From the NCBI GenBank assembly GCA_965153355.1, contig OZ231126.1, positions 28,458,001 through 28,522,000 of the forward strand: a stretch of DNA of 64,000 nucleotides, written 5' to 3'. Both the position numbers and the translations under genes were made by a program. Each line of letters begins with the position of its first letter. Position 1 is the first letter of the stretch. Shown one piece after another: positions 49,733 to 63,419 of the stretch. A model generated the notes under the pieces. That model ran no database searches. It was not told where the DNA came from and was given only the letters and a program-made list of their open reading frames with translations. Origin of the DNA: Flaccisagitta enflata. Its lineage: Eukaryota.

Positions 49733-49975
49733 TTAAAGCGAATACTTAGAATCATTTTCTGATTGAACGGGGACGAGTTCAAGTATGAAATTGGTACAGA
49801 ATGGCATATCATGGCGGATTTAGTCATATCATGCCATAAAATAAATTCCAAAAATTCCCCACCACAGAATTCAGAAATATTAGAAAGGAACGACTGTGGG
49901 ACGGATGGACGGACGTCTGGAAATTCACCCCTGTGTCCTACAGGACATCGGCCCTTTGGGGCCGCTGCCTAAAAA

Positions 49976-50490
49976 GGGATTGAAAGATGGCAAAAATAAA
50001 GAACTTACTATAAAAGATAGTGATTAGGTAGGATTGAAAGATGGCAATGATAAAAACCTACTATAAAAAGCAGCAATGGAAAGAAAGTGAAAGACAGCAA
50101 AGAAATACATTATGATAAAAATCCATTGATGAAGCAGTGAAAGACGGCAAAGATGAAGAACCTATTATGAAAGACATCATGGTAAAAATCCAGTGATGAA
50201 AAAAGGGTGCAAAATGTATTATGATGAAAAGGGAATGAAAGATAGAAGAGATGAAAAACCTATCATAAAAAACAGTGATAAAGCAGGAGTGAAAGACGGC
50301 AATAATAATAACCCATTATGAAAAGTGGACGGATGTTGAAGAAAAAAAATAATTGAAAGAAAGATAGTGAAAGACAGAAAAGATGAAAAACTTATTATGA
50401 AATATAGTGATAAGCTAGGAGTGAAAGACGGCAAAGATAAAAAAACTATTTTGAAAAGCAAATTTTTGGCTAAAAAAAACAGTGATAGAA
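49976..50490. repeat. Degenerate A-rich tandem repeat of about 55-60 bp (GTGAAAGACGGCAAAGATGAAAAACCTATTATGAAA)
   Basis: Recurrent motif, with a related patch at 56145-56260. Confidence 0.6.
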
Positions 50491-50936
50491 CAAAAGGCAA
50501 AATTCTTTTTAAACATCACTTTCTATGGAGGAGGCTGATGGGAATGATTGTTGTTGTCAACCACTGAGAAGTAAATATGGAACCATCTTCTACAAGATAT
50601 ATCTCGGCTTTTATATAAGCTAGAAACTTTTTTAAAAAGAGCAAATTTATCTACATCGAAAAATCTACAAAGTGAGCGCAATCCGGTTTTTGTAACTTTA
50701 ATCATTCAGAAATGACAAGCAAAAAAGCGTAAACAGTCATTTTGAAGATTTGAAAAAGAAACTAACGAAGGAAAAAAAGATTTGGGGTACCTTCTGTTCA
50801 AGACAGCTCGTCTTTTACAACAGTAAGAGAGCTTTTAGTGACGGACTGGCAATCCTGTTTGTCCATCATTCCGTCGGTCGGTCGGTCTGTCAGTCACACT
50901 CAAATTAGAGAAGGTGAAAACGCGCATTTAAGGTGC

Positions 50937-50975
<39 letters not shown>

Positions 50976-50978
50976 GTG

Positions 50979-51023
<45 letters not shown>

Positions 51024-53026
51024 GTGTGTGTGTGCACGTGTGGGGGGGGGGTGCGCCCCCAGCCACCTGTCCAAGTAATTACTAAATGGCCAAGACTAAC
51101 AAATAGAAAGACCGACCAATACACGACACATTGTAAAGTTGGTTTTAGTTTTCTTAGACTTTTGATAAAATTTGAATGGAGGCGAGTATCAACACAATTT
51201 TTTTTTCAACAAAAGCTTTTATAATGTAAATGCTGTGATTACCTTCCTATCTCATTGGAATAAGCGGAAGTGTGACTATTTTGATCAAGAAATAGATTAA
51301 AAAAACATTGCTTAAAGCAGATAGATCTGTTCATCTGTTTTTCTTCTTTCCTGCCTTCTCATTGGCAAAGAGATATGAAAATATGAAAATGCTTATCTGA
51401 TTGGTTGAAGCGAACTGCTTAGAAAGGAAGAATGGCAAATTCAACCAATCAGAAAACAGAACAATTTTCAAAGCACCAATGACAAAGCAGAAAGAAAAGA
51501 GAGAGCAGCACTACAAAATTGATAGCTTAACTTTTACATACTACTACAGTTTTGCGGAAACAAAACATGCTATGATTTATACACGAGCTGAAAGGCCATG
51601 GTCAGAACCTTATTTTGAGAGATTTTCAGCTTTGCCAAACAAAGCGTTTCCTCTGTGGAAACTATTCTTTAAAAAGTGGAGATTCGAATTTCCTGCAAAA
51701 AAGAGAGAGACGTATTTCAAATAGGCTAAAAACATACTAAATGATAACTTTTTTGAACTCTGATTGCAGCAACGTGATCATCTGTGTTTTGGCTTTCTAA
51801 AATGGTAAAGAACGCCATGTTATGCTTAAACAATCGGCGTTTTGAGCAGGTTCAACTGCCTACCTTCATTTTTCACATATTTGGCTTTTTTTTTTTTTGT
51901 AGTAATGTGCGAAGAATAAGGTAAAAAAAAGTGCTGTCTGATGCGGTCAAGGGCAACCCATTGCATATCAACTTCTGTAGTAACGCCAACGTTATGATAG
52001 AATGTTTTGCCAATGTTTTGATAGAAAATGACTATAGTTTGAAAATGATCAATCATTCTCCGACATGCTTAACATGAGATTCAATAACATCGACGTAACA
52101 TAAATGCTGAAACCATTTTCTTGGTTTTGGTCTCAGTCTCTCATAGGGGGATAACTACAGATATACAGTGAGACAGACAGACAGAGCAACAGACAGACAG
52201 ACAGACAGACAGGCAGACAGACACAGACATTTCGTTTTATGTTTATTGACTAGCTTTAAATAGCTTGAAATAGCTTGAAATAGCTTCAAATAGTTGTAAA
52301 AAGCTTTTGATAGCTATTAATAGACCGTAACGACCAGAAACGAAGTCGTAATATGCAAAAATCGTAACTTTAGTGTCTTTGATGCTATTGAGGAATAGCA
52401 AAACGTGACAAAAAACGGGTTTCCAAATTTCCTACGCAATCCGTTGGTCAAGGGTCTTGTTTTCTTAAAAAAAAACGTGTTCCTCTACGTGAACTTTTTT
52501 TTTTCACCCACCCCAAGTGCAAGTCTACCGAACTTTACATTGTGCACGAGCCTTACGTTGAGTCAGAATATGTTAGTTTTGTCTCACCACCATGATAAAT
52601 AACTGTTTTTATAGATCTCCGCGAATTAATCTAACAGTTCAAAGCTCATTGAAGTGAGAATTCTAAACCCCGCGGCGCCGGGGTGCCAGAAAATATAGCG
52701 GTTCCAAAATAGCAGCCTCCAAAATAGCAGGCTCGAAAACAGCGGGCTCCATTATAGCCGGCCGAGATTATAGCAGCTCTAATATAGCAGCCATGATTAT
52801 AGCAGCCCTATTTCTTTGTACAAAGACAAAGAGTTGTGTCCATGCTTCCATTCACCTTGCTCTCACCCAAAAACATTCATACTTCATGCAAAGTGATAAA
52901 GTGACAAGAAAATGTTATCGTACTATCACATACTGTATATTATATCACATCACATGTATTACATACATGGTGCATTAGACTTAATTCAAATCTTCTGTTT
53001 AAATAACAGATAACCATAACTGTTAC

Positions 53027-53353
<327 letters not shown>

Positions 53354-53673
53354 ACTGTTACCACACACACACACAGAGGAAAGACACAGACAGACAGAAA
53401 GACAGTCAGACAGACACTTAATCTTAGACAGACAGACAGAAAGACAGTCAGACAGACACTTAATCTTAGAATAACAGTTTTTTTTTCAACATTTATTTTT
53501 AGGAAGACAGGCAGATATCAAGCTAATGGAAGAAAGATGATTGAGTAGTATGTAGTAAGTTTGAGTAACAAATCGAAAAAACAGATAGAAATAGAGACAG
53601 CCAGAGTCAAGAGTCAAGCTTGACCTCGCAACAAGTGCAGTGAAGTGATTACATGCAGTTGTACAGGTATGCA

Positions 53674-53741
<68 letters not shown>

Positions 53742-53809
53742 TGCAGTGATGCATCAGCTCCAAAGTCACGAGATGACCTTTACACCAGCGCCCCCAACGC
53801 CACTACCGA

Positions 53810-54580
53810 CCAGCCTCGGTGACCTAATCCCAGCCTCAGTGACCTAATCCCAGCCTCAGTGACCTCATCCCAGCCTCAGTGACCTAATCCCAGCCTCACT
53901 GACCTAATCCCAGCCTCAGCGACCTAATCCTGGCCTCAGCGACCTAATTCTGTTCTCTGTGACCTAATACCGGCTCTTGCAATCTAATATCAGCTTCAGG
54001 GCCCTAACACCAGCCTCAGTGACCTAATACCACCTCAGCCTGAGCAACCTCAGCATTTCAATACTAACCTCAGCGACCTAATACTGGCCTCAGCGACCTA
54101 ATACTGACCTCAGTGACCTATTACTAGCCTCAGCAACCTAATACTTTCTTCAGGGGCCTAACAATGGCCTCAGTGACCTTATATCAGCCTCAGCTACCTA
54201 AGACTAACCTAAGCAACCTAATAACATCCTCAGCGACCCAAAACCAGTCTCAGTGACTAAACCCCAGCCTGTGACCTAAAATTAGCCTCAATGTCCTACT
54301 ACCAACTTCTGCAACCTTATACCAGTCTCAACAACGATGTGCCAGCCTTAGCAACCTAATAGTAACCTCAGCAACCTTATACTGGCCTCATTGTCCTAAT
54401 TCAAGCTTTAACAACCCAGTCCCAGCTTCAGCGACTTATTCCTAGCATCATTGACCTAATATCAGACTCAGTGACCTGATCCTGGCCTCAGCGACCTAAT
54501 CATGGTTTCAGAATCCTGGTTTCGGCGACCTTACACTGGCCTTAGTGATCTAATATTGACCATAGCAACCTAATCCCAGC
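53810..54580. repeat. 20-bp minisatellite (GACCTAATCCCAGCCTCAGT)n, progressively degenerate
   Basis: Direct inspection. The unit is related to the HINE-B 20-mer. Confidence 0.85.
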
Positions 54581-56558
54581 CCCTTTTTTTACCATGCCCA
54601 CAGACTGACAGACTGACTGACAGACAGACGGAAAAAGGCTCTTACAAAGTTACAAGTCCACAACTTAAACTAGTCATCCAAGGATCGCACATGGTCAGCG
54701 GTAACCATTGCCCTGCTTTGAGTGATCAAGTGAAGGAGTGGAGTGAGAGTGCAGGACACAAAGATGAATTTTAAGACGTCCTAAGGCGGATTTGAAGTCA
54801 CTCACTCTGCTCACTGGGTCTGCAGCACTCCGCTTTGCTACACCCACTTTGCCTGCTTTCTCGGTTGTGGGATCGCTCACTCACTTTGCTCACTCCCTCA
54901 TAAGACGATTGTAATTCTTATACGTTTCACGCGTTTCACCTGCACAAAAGAGATTATTGTCAGTAGAATCAAACCCGCTTAGACATATTGTGCGAGTGGC
55001 ATAGATGTAAAACAAGGTCATTACACAGCAGGATAGTCACGCAGGGTTGGGGAGGGACAGAAATAAAAACGGGTCATTAGACCTAAGTCGCGTGCATCAG
55101 TATTTTCACAAAACGTTGGACAAACAGACAGGCAGACAAACTAAAACTGTCAAAATGACCTTTGAATTAGCCAACATGTTTTTATTGATACCCTAACACC
55201 TTTAAAATGTCTTAAAACGTTTGAAACCGTTGACGGACAGACAGACAGACCGAAAAATGGAAGTACGCGAAGCGCGCGACTAAAAACCGCTTTTAAATTT
55301 TTAGTTGCGGACACGCAACTGTATAAGAGGCTTTGTCCGTCCGTCGTTCCGTCGGTCGGTCCGTGGACACGAGTCAAAAAGTGAGGAAATTAGCGTTTTA
55401 GATGCTTTCTGTGCATGTGAGTGGGGGACTTGTGATGTGGAATGGGGTTCGATGCCCCTGCCCACCCCTCCACAACTGGTGGCCGTGTATCCGGCCTTGT
55501 TGAAAATGTTACTGATGTAAAGACCTACCAACCGTCTGACTGACGTGGCGAAGTGTAGAGTCGCGTGTCCACAACTAAAAACTGTGAATGCACCCTGTGT
55601 TAAATATATGATCACCAATGGCGGGACCGAACGCGGACCAACATATGGGAGTAACAACCAAACAACAGAAAATGTGCAGACTGACTGACAAAGCGACAGA
55701 CAAATTTATAGAATTACATGCACAGGACTGCGACTAATGCTGCCGTGTATACGGCCCTGTTAATTCCCTCTCTTAGAAAAGTAGTTTAATTTCATTTCCT
55801 TTTTTCAAAAAGAAACTCAATTTTCTCCGCAACCGTTTGATCGATTGAGATGAAATTTTACACAGATAAACAACTTAAAAAATGCCGTCGAATAAGACCA
55901 ACTGCAAAATTGTTACTCTATTAGAAATGGATTTATGATTTTCTAAAGATAAAAATATTTCGATGATATCGGTCAGATATTTGTCATTTGCATTCTCTTC
56001 ATCAAAGTGTGTTCAACGAAAAGTTTGCCTTAAAAAAAACTTATGGAAGAGTGATTTGTGTTCCCAAAGTTTATATATTACACTGCTCCACCACTCGGCT
56101 CTTTGGACGCTCACTTCTGATTAATACGGAGTATGTAGACCGTCGTGAGAAAGATAGTGAAAGATGGCAAAAATGAAAAACCCATTTTAAAAGACAGTAA
56201 GAAGGTAAAAGTGAAAAACAGCAATGATAAAAAACAGACGGACACTAAAAAAAAAAACTTGATAAACCTGTGGGGCTATAGTGAATTGCTTAACGCAATT
56301 CACAATAAGAAGAAAATTAATACAGAAAAAAAAAGAATACGAAAAAGCAAGTAGAGAGAAAGAAGCAAACAAACAAAGAGACAAACAAAGAGACAAACAA
56401 ACAAACAAACAAACAAACAAATGAACAAGCAAACAAACAAAGTAAGAAAGGACAAAAGTCAAAACAGGTCAATATTGTTCTGACGAGACAGTAGTGAAAC
56501 AGAGCGGTACGGACCGACTGACGTAACAAGCCGCATATAGAGAGGAGTTTGTTATTGT

Positions 56559-57587
56559 AACAAGGCCGGATACACGGCTACCCCAGTTGCGTGCGGGTGG
56601 GCAGGGGCCATATTTGAGGTCACTAGACCAATTTGGCGGGAGCAATGAGGTAAAAAAAAAGATCATAAAAAAACAAAATGTGACAGGCCAACACGGCGTC
56701 CAGGAACAAACCATAGGTCTAGAAAAATGCTCAAGACTCCTGACCTGGGAAAAAGTCTTTTATTGATGCATTAGCTATCAATTCATGGCAAAAATTAAAA
56801 AATCGGCTTGGAAATATAGAATTCAAAGCTTAAAGATAGCAAAAATGAAGCATTTTTTTTATCAGAAATCAGAATTGTAGCTTCAAGCTGTTTAAAAAAT
56901 ATCTGAAAAGTGTGGCAAGAGTTGCTGTAATAATGCTTTTACCTATTTGGTAAGTTCAGAGGGTTATATTATAGATAAAAACTAAAAAAGCTATTTCAAA
57001 CCATGAAATTGATTTTTTTTTCAGCCAATTTTCATAATTACTTATCTAAAATTTTTGAAGACTATGAAAAGTGTAGATACATTATCGAGATACACATGCT
57101 GGAATATAATCCAGCTAGTTTTAAGAAATATTTGATAGTTTAGAGCTTAGAAATAACAAAAAATAACAAAAAAAAAGTCATTTTACAACTATTTTTGGCA
57201 TTTTTTTGTTTTGATTATTAGAAAATCACTCTGAACAAACTGAAGTAGGTAAAAGCATTAGTGCAACCACTGAAGCCAAACTAATTGTACATTTCTACAT
57301 ACTTTTAGAAGCCATGAATACAATTTTTAATCTAAAATATGCTTAAAAATGCCTTTTTTGGCTATTATTTGATCATCAATTCTATATTTCCAAGCCGATT
57401 TTTTAATTTTTGCCATAAATTGATAGCTAATGCATTAAAAAAGACTTTTTCCCAGGTCAGGAGTCTTGAGCATTTTTTTAGACCTATGGTTTGTTCCTGG
57501 ACGCCGTGCCAACCGACTGACAGACCGACCGACCAACAAACAGACGGACAAAGCGGGGTGTAGAGTCGCGTAGCACGCGACTAAAAA
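56559..57587 (-). mobile_element. HINE family A copy split by a Chapaev-like MITE
   Basis: 3' end AACAAGGCCGGATACACGGCTACCCC and 5' end GTAGAGTCGCGTAGCACGCGACTAAAAA. Confidence 0.8.
56692..57508. mobile_element. Chapaev-like (CMC) MITE, 4-bp TSD CCAA
   Basis: TIR CACGGCGTCCAGGAACAAACCATAGGTCTA / TAGACCTATGGTTTGTTCCTGGACGCCGTG. CCAA at 56688-56691 and 57509-57512. Confidence 0.85.
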
Positions 57588-58702
57588 TGTTCCCACATCG
57601 TGACTTTGCAGATGAAATACTTTACCAACATCGGCTTTATTTTCGGCCTTCTTATCAATTTCTTCGTCGCGGTCTATGTTGGTTTTTACGCCGATAAAAT
57701 GCAAAAAGAAAGACGCGGCTTCTGGAGAGTAAAGTACTAGAAATAATGAGACTAAATCCAGTCAATCCGATTTGTACCCTTTTTAGGACTGTTGACTATG
57801 GACGCGTTTCTACTATCTAGCAATAAAGTTTAGCAGCACTTATGGTTGACGGTATGTTGTCCCCCCCTCATGTGCACAAAATTATTGTATCTGATAGTTT
57901 TTTTTTTATTTTTGTATTACTACTAACTAGAACGAAAGAGAAAAACAATCTTCAATCCAATTTAGGGACCGCGAGTTTGGTTTGTTTATCACAACCAAGA
58001 GGTGGTTGCGGTGAAAATAGTAGAATTCTTGGTCATTTTGACTGCAAAATTGAGCTACTTCTCTTTTCAAATCTGACTTAAAATCCATGAGATTATTTAA
58101 CTCATGAGCTAACCAGCGGTGGAATCCACATGTCTTTATCATCTTTTGGTAAAATTTGAAAGAATTTCAAAGATGGAAGAGTAGGAGTCCTATAATTTTT
58201 GCCATTTTTCAAACTACTAGATCAACTTCAAGCTATAGCATTTCTAAACGATTTGATGCACAGATATGAGATTGCACTAAGATTGTAGATTTTTCAACGT
58301 AGATTAAAATGCTCATGTTTTGCACTTATCTTAACGAGAAGTTGAGATATCTCTCTTTAAAGGTGCTGCTAAACATATTTCCTAGATAGTATCTTAACAA
58401 CAAATTACAAAAAACATTTCTTGTGAATCGCTTCAGGCCTTCAGTTGTGATGTTTTCAGGACTGTTCCAAGTTTTTGACATTTTCTTATAAAACCAGTTA
58501 TTGAAGTACATTATTTGTATCCTCCATCTATTGTGTTGATTGTTATATGTATACATTTTACAATTAATTGGAAGTAGGAGCTAGATCAAAGTTCATTTCA
58601 ACCACAAGACCAAAAATTTGGTAGCGCGAGGTTACCACAGATCCTCCATTGCAGCTACCTTTTTCTTCTATTACATGTTACTCTGATCTTTCTTTTGATC
58701 TT

Positions 58703-58776
<74 letters not shown>

Positions 58777-58816
58777 TTTTAGTCGTGTGCACGCGACTCT
58801 ACAACCCGCTTTGTCC

Positions 58817-58817
58817 G

Positions 58818-58897
<80 letters not shown>

Positions 58898-59386
58898 GCC
58901 ACTTCGTGAAGTGGAAATTTCCCGTACGCTATGCGTACGGTAGGGGGCGTTCGGCCTACCGAGATACTCGGCAGTTATGCAGATCCACCATGCAAGGCTC
59001 CCCCATTCGGATCCCTTTTGAACCCTCACCCAACCTGCCACCCTACCACCCTGCCAAGCCCGGGCGATTTTGCATTTTCTTTAACAATACAATACACTAT
59101 ACAATTTTTCAAAGTATTGGGCCAATACAATACAATACAATATCTTAAAGAATTGTACCCAATACGTAACAATATTTTAATTCACTTAATGAAAAATCTT
59201 TGTTGAATCTTAAATAAATAGTTGAAGCTTTAACTCATTTTTTATATGCTTGATCAAAAAAGAATTTTTGAATATTTTTTTTAACTTTCATATATCTATC
59301 AATATTTTTTTTCATATATCTTTTATCTTTGCTTCTTTAGGTAAGTCTCTCTGACTGTATTTGTCCCTGTATGTGTGTGTGTGTGT

Positions 59387-59483
<97 letters not shown>

Positions 59484-59519
59484 CCTTTATCTCCGTCTTT
59501 ATCTGTATCTATCTGTCTG

Positions 59520-59603
<84 letters not shown>

Positions 59604-60145
59604 CTCTCTCTCTCTATACTCTATCTATCTCTCTCTCTCCCAGTGATTTTGATCTTTGTCGATGTTTCCTCTCTCTCTCTTCTTCTCTTCCAGACCTCAT
59701 CCTCTTCTTTTTCACTTTTTTTCTGCACTTCCTACAAAATCGATCCCTCTTCATCCTCCTCATCCACCTTACCTTATCCTTTTCTTCTTCCCTACTTTTA
59801 TTTTTCACGTGTCTGTTTGACCTTCCTAAGAATTTTACTATTTTCTGAAAAAAAATTATTGTATTGTTTTGTATTGGGAAAATAACAATAACCATAGTAA
59901 GTATTGGGTAAACCCAATACTTACAAGTATTGTAAATACAATACAATACCCAATACGAATCGCCCGGCCTTGCACCCTGCCCCACTAGCTAGCTAGTTAC
60001 TGGGATTCACCAGGAAACTGCTCCTTGAGACCCATCGCAAGATTGAGGATTCCAACCTTCGTTGAAAAGACTCGTCCATTGCGGGACTCGAACTCGTGAC
60101 CCAGAGGGCCTTGAGCGCATACTCTACCGCTAAGCTATTCCCCCC
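58817..60145 (-). mobile_element. tRNA-derived SINE (about 400 bp without the nested MITE) with (AAC)n tail
   Basis: Minus-strand head GGGAATAGCTTAGCGGTAGAG (A box)...GAGTTCGAGTCCC (B box). Hairpins CCGTACGCTATGCGTACGG and CCACTTCGTGAAGTGG lie just before the (AAC)n tail. Confidence 0.7.
59055..59972. mobile_element. hAT-like MITE, 8-bp TSD CACCCTGC
   Basis: TIR CAAGCCCGGGCGATT / AATCGCCCGGCCTTG with CAATA subterminal repeats. Perfect TSD at 59047-59054 and 59973-59980. Confidence 0.88.
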
Positions 60146-60298
60146 CCCCCGTCGGTCGGTCGGTCGGTCGGTCACACTTTACTTTTTTATGATTTTTATT
60201 TTTGGACCTTACTGCTCCTGCCCAAATGGTCTGGTGATCTCAAATATGGCCCCTGCCCACCCGCACGCGACTTGAGTAGCCTTGTATCCGGCCTAGTT

Positions 60299-60314
60299 TC
60301 TCTCTTTCTTTCTC

Positions 60315-60384
<70 letters not shown>

Positions 60385-60585
60385 TTTCTTTACTTCGTTA
60401 CTTCTTTGCTTCAGTCTTTCTTTCTAACATTCTTTTCTATTTCTTTCTATCATTCTTTTTTATTTCTTTCATTCATTCTTTTTTCTTTCTGTCTTTCCTT
60501 GATTCTTTTTTTCTTTTTTCTTTTTGTATTTCTTTCCTTCATTCTTTTTTCATTCTTTCTTTCTTTCTTTCTTTCTGTCTTTCTG

Positions 60586-60620
<35 letters not shown>

Positions 60621-60677
60621 CTCTTTCTTTCTTTCTTTCTTTCTTTTTTTCTTTCTTTCTTTCTTTCTTTCTTTCCT

Positions 60678-60709
<32 letters not shown>

Positions 60710-60876
60710 GCTTGCTTACTCGCTTTCTTTCTTTCTGTTAGGCTGACTGTCTGTCTGACTGGCTGTGTTGCTTTTTTTCTTTCTGTTTTTCTTTTTGAAT
60801 TTCTTTCTTTGTTTTTCCTTTCTTTGATTCTTTGCTTCTTTGCTTCTTCCTTCCTTTCTTTGTTTCTCTCTTTGAT

Positions 60877-60911
<35 letters not shown>

Positions 60912-60912
60912 C

Positions 60913-60976
<64 letters not shown>

Positions 60977-60978
60977 TC
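60299..60978. repeat. (TTTC)n-rich low-complexity tract
   Basis: Direct inspection. Confidence 0.9.
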
Positions 60979-61497
60979 GTCTTCAGATTTCATTTCTGTC
61001 TCATTAGATTGATACATGCGGTGTAACCTCATCAGCTCGACCCCCGCGCTAATTATGGTCCCAACTGGTTTCCCAATCCAATTGTGAAAAAAATGGAAAG
61101 ATGTGGGAAAGCAATGGAAATGGGAAAAAGAAAGGGAAAGAGAAAGGAAAAGAGAAGGAGAAAGAGAAAAGGGTATACATTGTTTTAAGAGTTGGGAACA
61201 AACGACCGTTGTTCATACGAGACTACTGCAGGTTGAAAAGCGTCTTTTATGTGAACATGATCTGTCAGTCACTTTATTTTTACTCCTTTTTAGTTGGTTG
61301 CACGCGACTCTACACCTTGGTTTGTCGGTTTGCCGTCCATCCATAACATTGTTGAATTTTGACAAATCTTTTTTGAATTTCGGGCTTTTTTGTGTGGAGG
61401 AAGGGAGGAAGGTGGGGAGGAAGGAAGGAAGGAAGGAATAAGGAATGAAAGGGAGGTAGGAAAGAAAGGAAGGAAAGAAGTAGTATGTTTGTATGTA

Positions 61498-62088
61498 CTA
61501 TCTTGGAAAAAGAAATCTTTACTCACGTTTTAACAAATACCTCTGATTATAGGCGCCTGATCTTAAAAAAATTGGTGACAATATTAAAGCCCTTCAAATT
61601 TGCAAGCGATCTACGCAAACCGCATCTCTCTAACTCAATGCGTTCAAAAGTTATTCAACTTTGAATGAAATCTTTCAATTTAGCTTTTGCTATTTCAACA
61701 TGATCTTTAACAATATCACTTCACTCTTTTTTAAATTACTTCTAAACTAGTTGAGCTAGACAGATGCGGTTTGCGTAGACTGCTTGCAAATTTGAAGGGC
61801 TTCATTTATGTCACCTATTATTTTATGATTTGTGGAGTCTATTTGGGGCTTTAAGTCTAAACGTAGCAATGGAAAGGAATCAAGAAAATGGTAGGAATGA
61901 TCTGGAGCTCCATCACTCCAGAGTACCTCAAGAAGCTCTACAAAAGGCTTCCCCAATGAATGGCGGCTTTGGTTCAATCAAAGGGGGCTCACTCTAAATA
62001 TGAATGGATTTTCAATTGATATGTATTCATTTCTACCTCAATAAATGAACTTATTTTCAAAATGTAAAGATTTCTTTTTCCAAGATAG
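61498..62088 (+). mobile_element. Internally deleted Tc1-family element, relative of 38638-39104
   Basis: TA|CTATCTTGGAAAAAGAAATCTTTAC TIRs. Remnant IKKMVGMIWSSITPEYLKKLYKRLP...MAALVQSKGAHSKY. Confidence 0.8.
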
Positions 62089-62216
62089 TATGTATGTATG
62101 TATTAAGCATGTTCCAAGGGACAAAATGTCCTTCGGAAGGAAGGGAGGCGAAAGATTATGTCCTTCCCCCAAAGGGAGCCGAAAGATCCGAATGTTTTGC
62201 TTTATCAATAAAACTA

Positions 62217-62887
62217 CAGTGGAAATCCAATATAACGGTCTTGAAGGGACTGGAGAATTTTGGTTGTTAAATCCGAATGTTCTTAATCGAATTTCTATTT
62301 TTTTTATATTTCTTTATAAATAATCTAAAGCAAAATCAAAAATATATGATTGATGAATTGTAGTGGTTAAACATTTGTGCTATTCGCAAACAGAGTAACA
62401 GAAAGCTTCCATTGAGCCTTCTTTAGAATATTAATGGAGCATCATTGCAAAAAATACTTAAATTATTTAGCATGGTAAAAATTCAACAAGAGTTAAGGAA
62501 AATTGATCTTGATCCAAATCTTTCTTAACAAAAATAATGACAGATGATCATTTGTATTCCACTATTTATTTATTCTTTTTTTATTCTGTGCATTTTTATG
62601 ATTCTTTAGATAAAATATTTTTTAGTTTTTATGATGATGATAGATGATTATAAAAAAGAATAGAATTGATTTTATCATATTATATACTCATGTCTTTAAA
62701 TTAGGTGTAAATTTTCCATGGGACCTAAAAATAGCGCCTGTAAACCAGGTTTGGCTGTTAAATCAGGTGTTGTTAAATCAGAAAAAATTAATATTGTAAA
62801 AGCCTATAAAATTTTGGGACCTAGGCATCATAGTTGCTAAATCAGAAATGCTGTTAAATCAGGTGCCGATAAGGCAGCAGTCCACTG
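62217..62887. mobile_element. pogo/Tigger-type MITE, TA TSD
   Basis: TA|CAGTGGA ... TCCACTG|TA, with repeated TGTTAAATC(A/C)G subterminal motifs. Confidence 0.7.
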
Positions 62888-63119
62888 TACTTCATTTCAG
62901 GTTGGAAATAGTGGGCATACGCCAGAGGAGAGAGCCAAAACAGTCTTAGATCACTTTCCGTCACTTTTAGTTATTTATGATGGGAAACCTAGGAAACAAA
63001 ATGATTGACTTAGGTCTTACAACTGATACGTTATTTGAATAATCCATTTCTTTTTAAACAAAACTGAACCCCGGCTAACAATCTTGGACATTCAAGTTGA
63101 CAGGCTTCGCAAAGATGGG

Positions 63120-63206
<87 letters not shown>

Positions 63207-63419
63207 TGCTGCCTGAAAGAGGCAAAAAATTACTCTTTCTTCACCACAATTACAAGCGCATGAACAAAGAGAAAAAAAATTTGAATTCCTTGATGCGCCT
63301 GGCCATCTTTTTTTCGCCATCTTTATCCTGTCACTCATTTGCCATGGGTGCCTCAGATGGCTGTTAAAACCTGTTTTGATCTGAAATTTGTTTCTTCTAC
63401 ACTTTCACGCGTAATACAA

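Larger units (their letters stand above)
42338..49898. mobile_element. Transib/RAG-like non-autonomous transposon, 5-bp TSD GGACG
   Basis: Ends CACAGTAGGTCC and (reverse complement) CACAGTCGTTCC. GGACG at 42333-42337 and 49899-49903. The host element rejoins across it. Confidence 0.7.
41845..49975 (-). mobile_element. HINE-B copy split by a 7.56-kb insertion
   Basis: A perfect 59-bp inverted repeat pair at 41930-41988 and 49911-49969, normally only a few hundred bp apart in this family. Confidence 0.75.
58775..60298 (+). mobile_element. HINE family A copy split by a SINE
   Basis: The 5' end to ...CCCGCTTTGTCCGT (about 58818) resumes at GTCGGTCGG (60151) and ends GTATCCGGCCTAGTT. Confidence 0.8.

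Noticed and set aside
60072-60145. Functional tRNA gene
   Set aside because: A and B boxes are present but the acceptor and anticodon stems pair poorly, and it is attached to a SINE-like body and tail.
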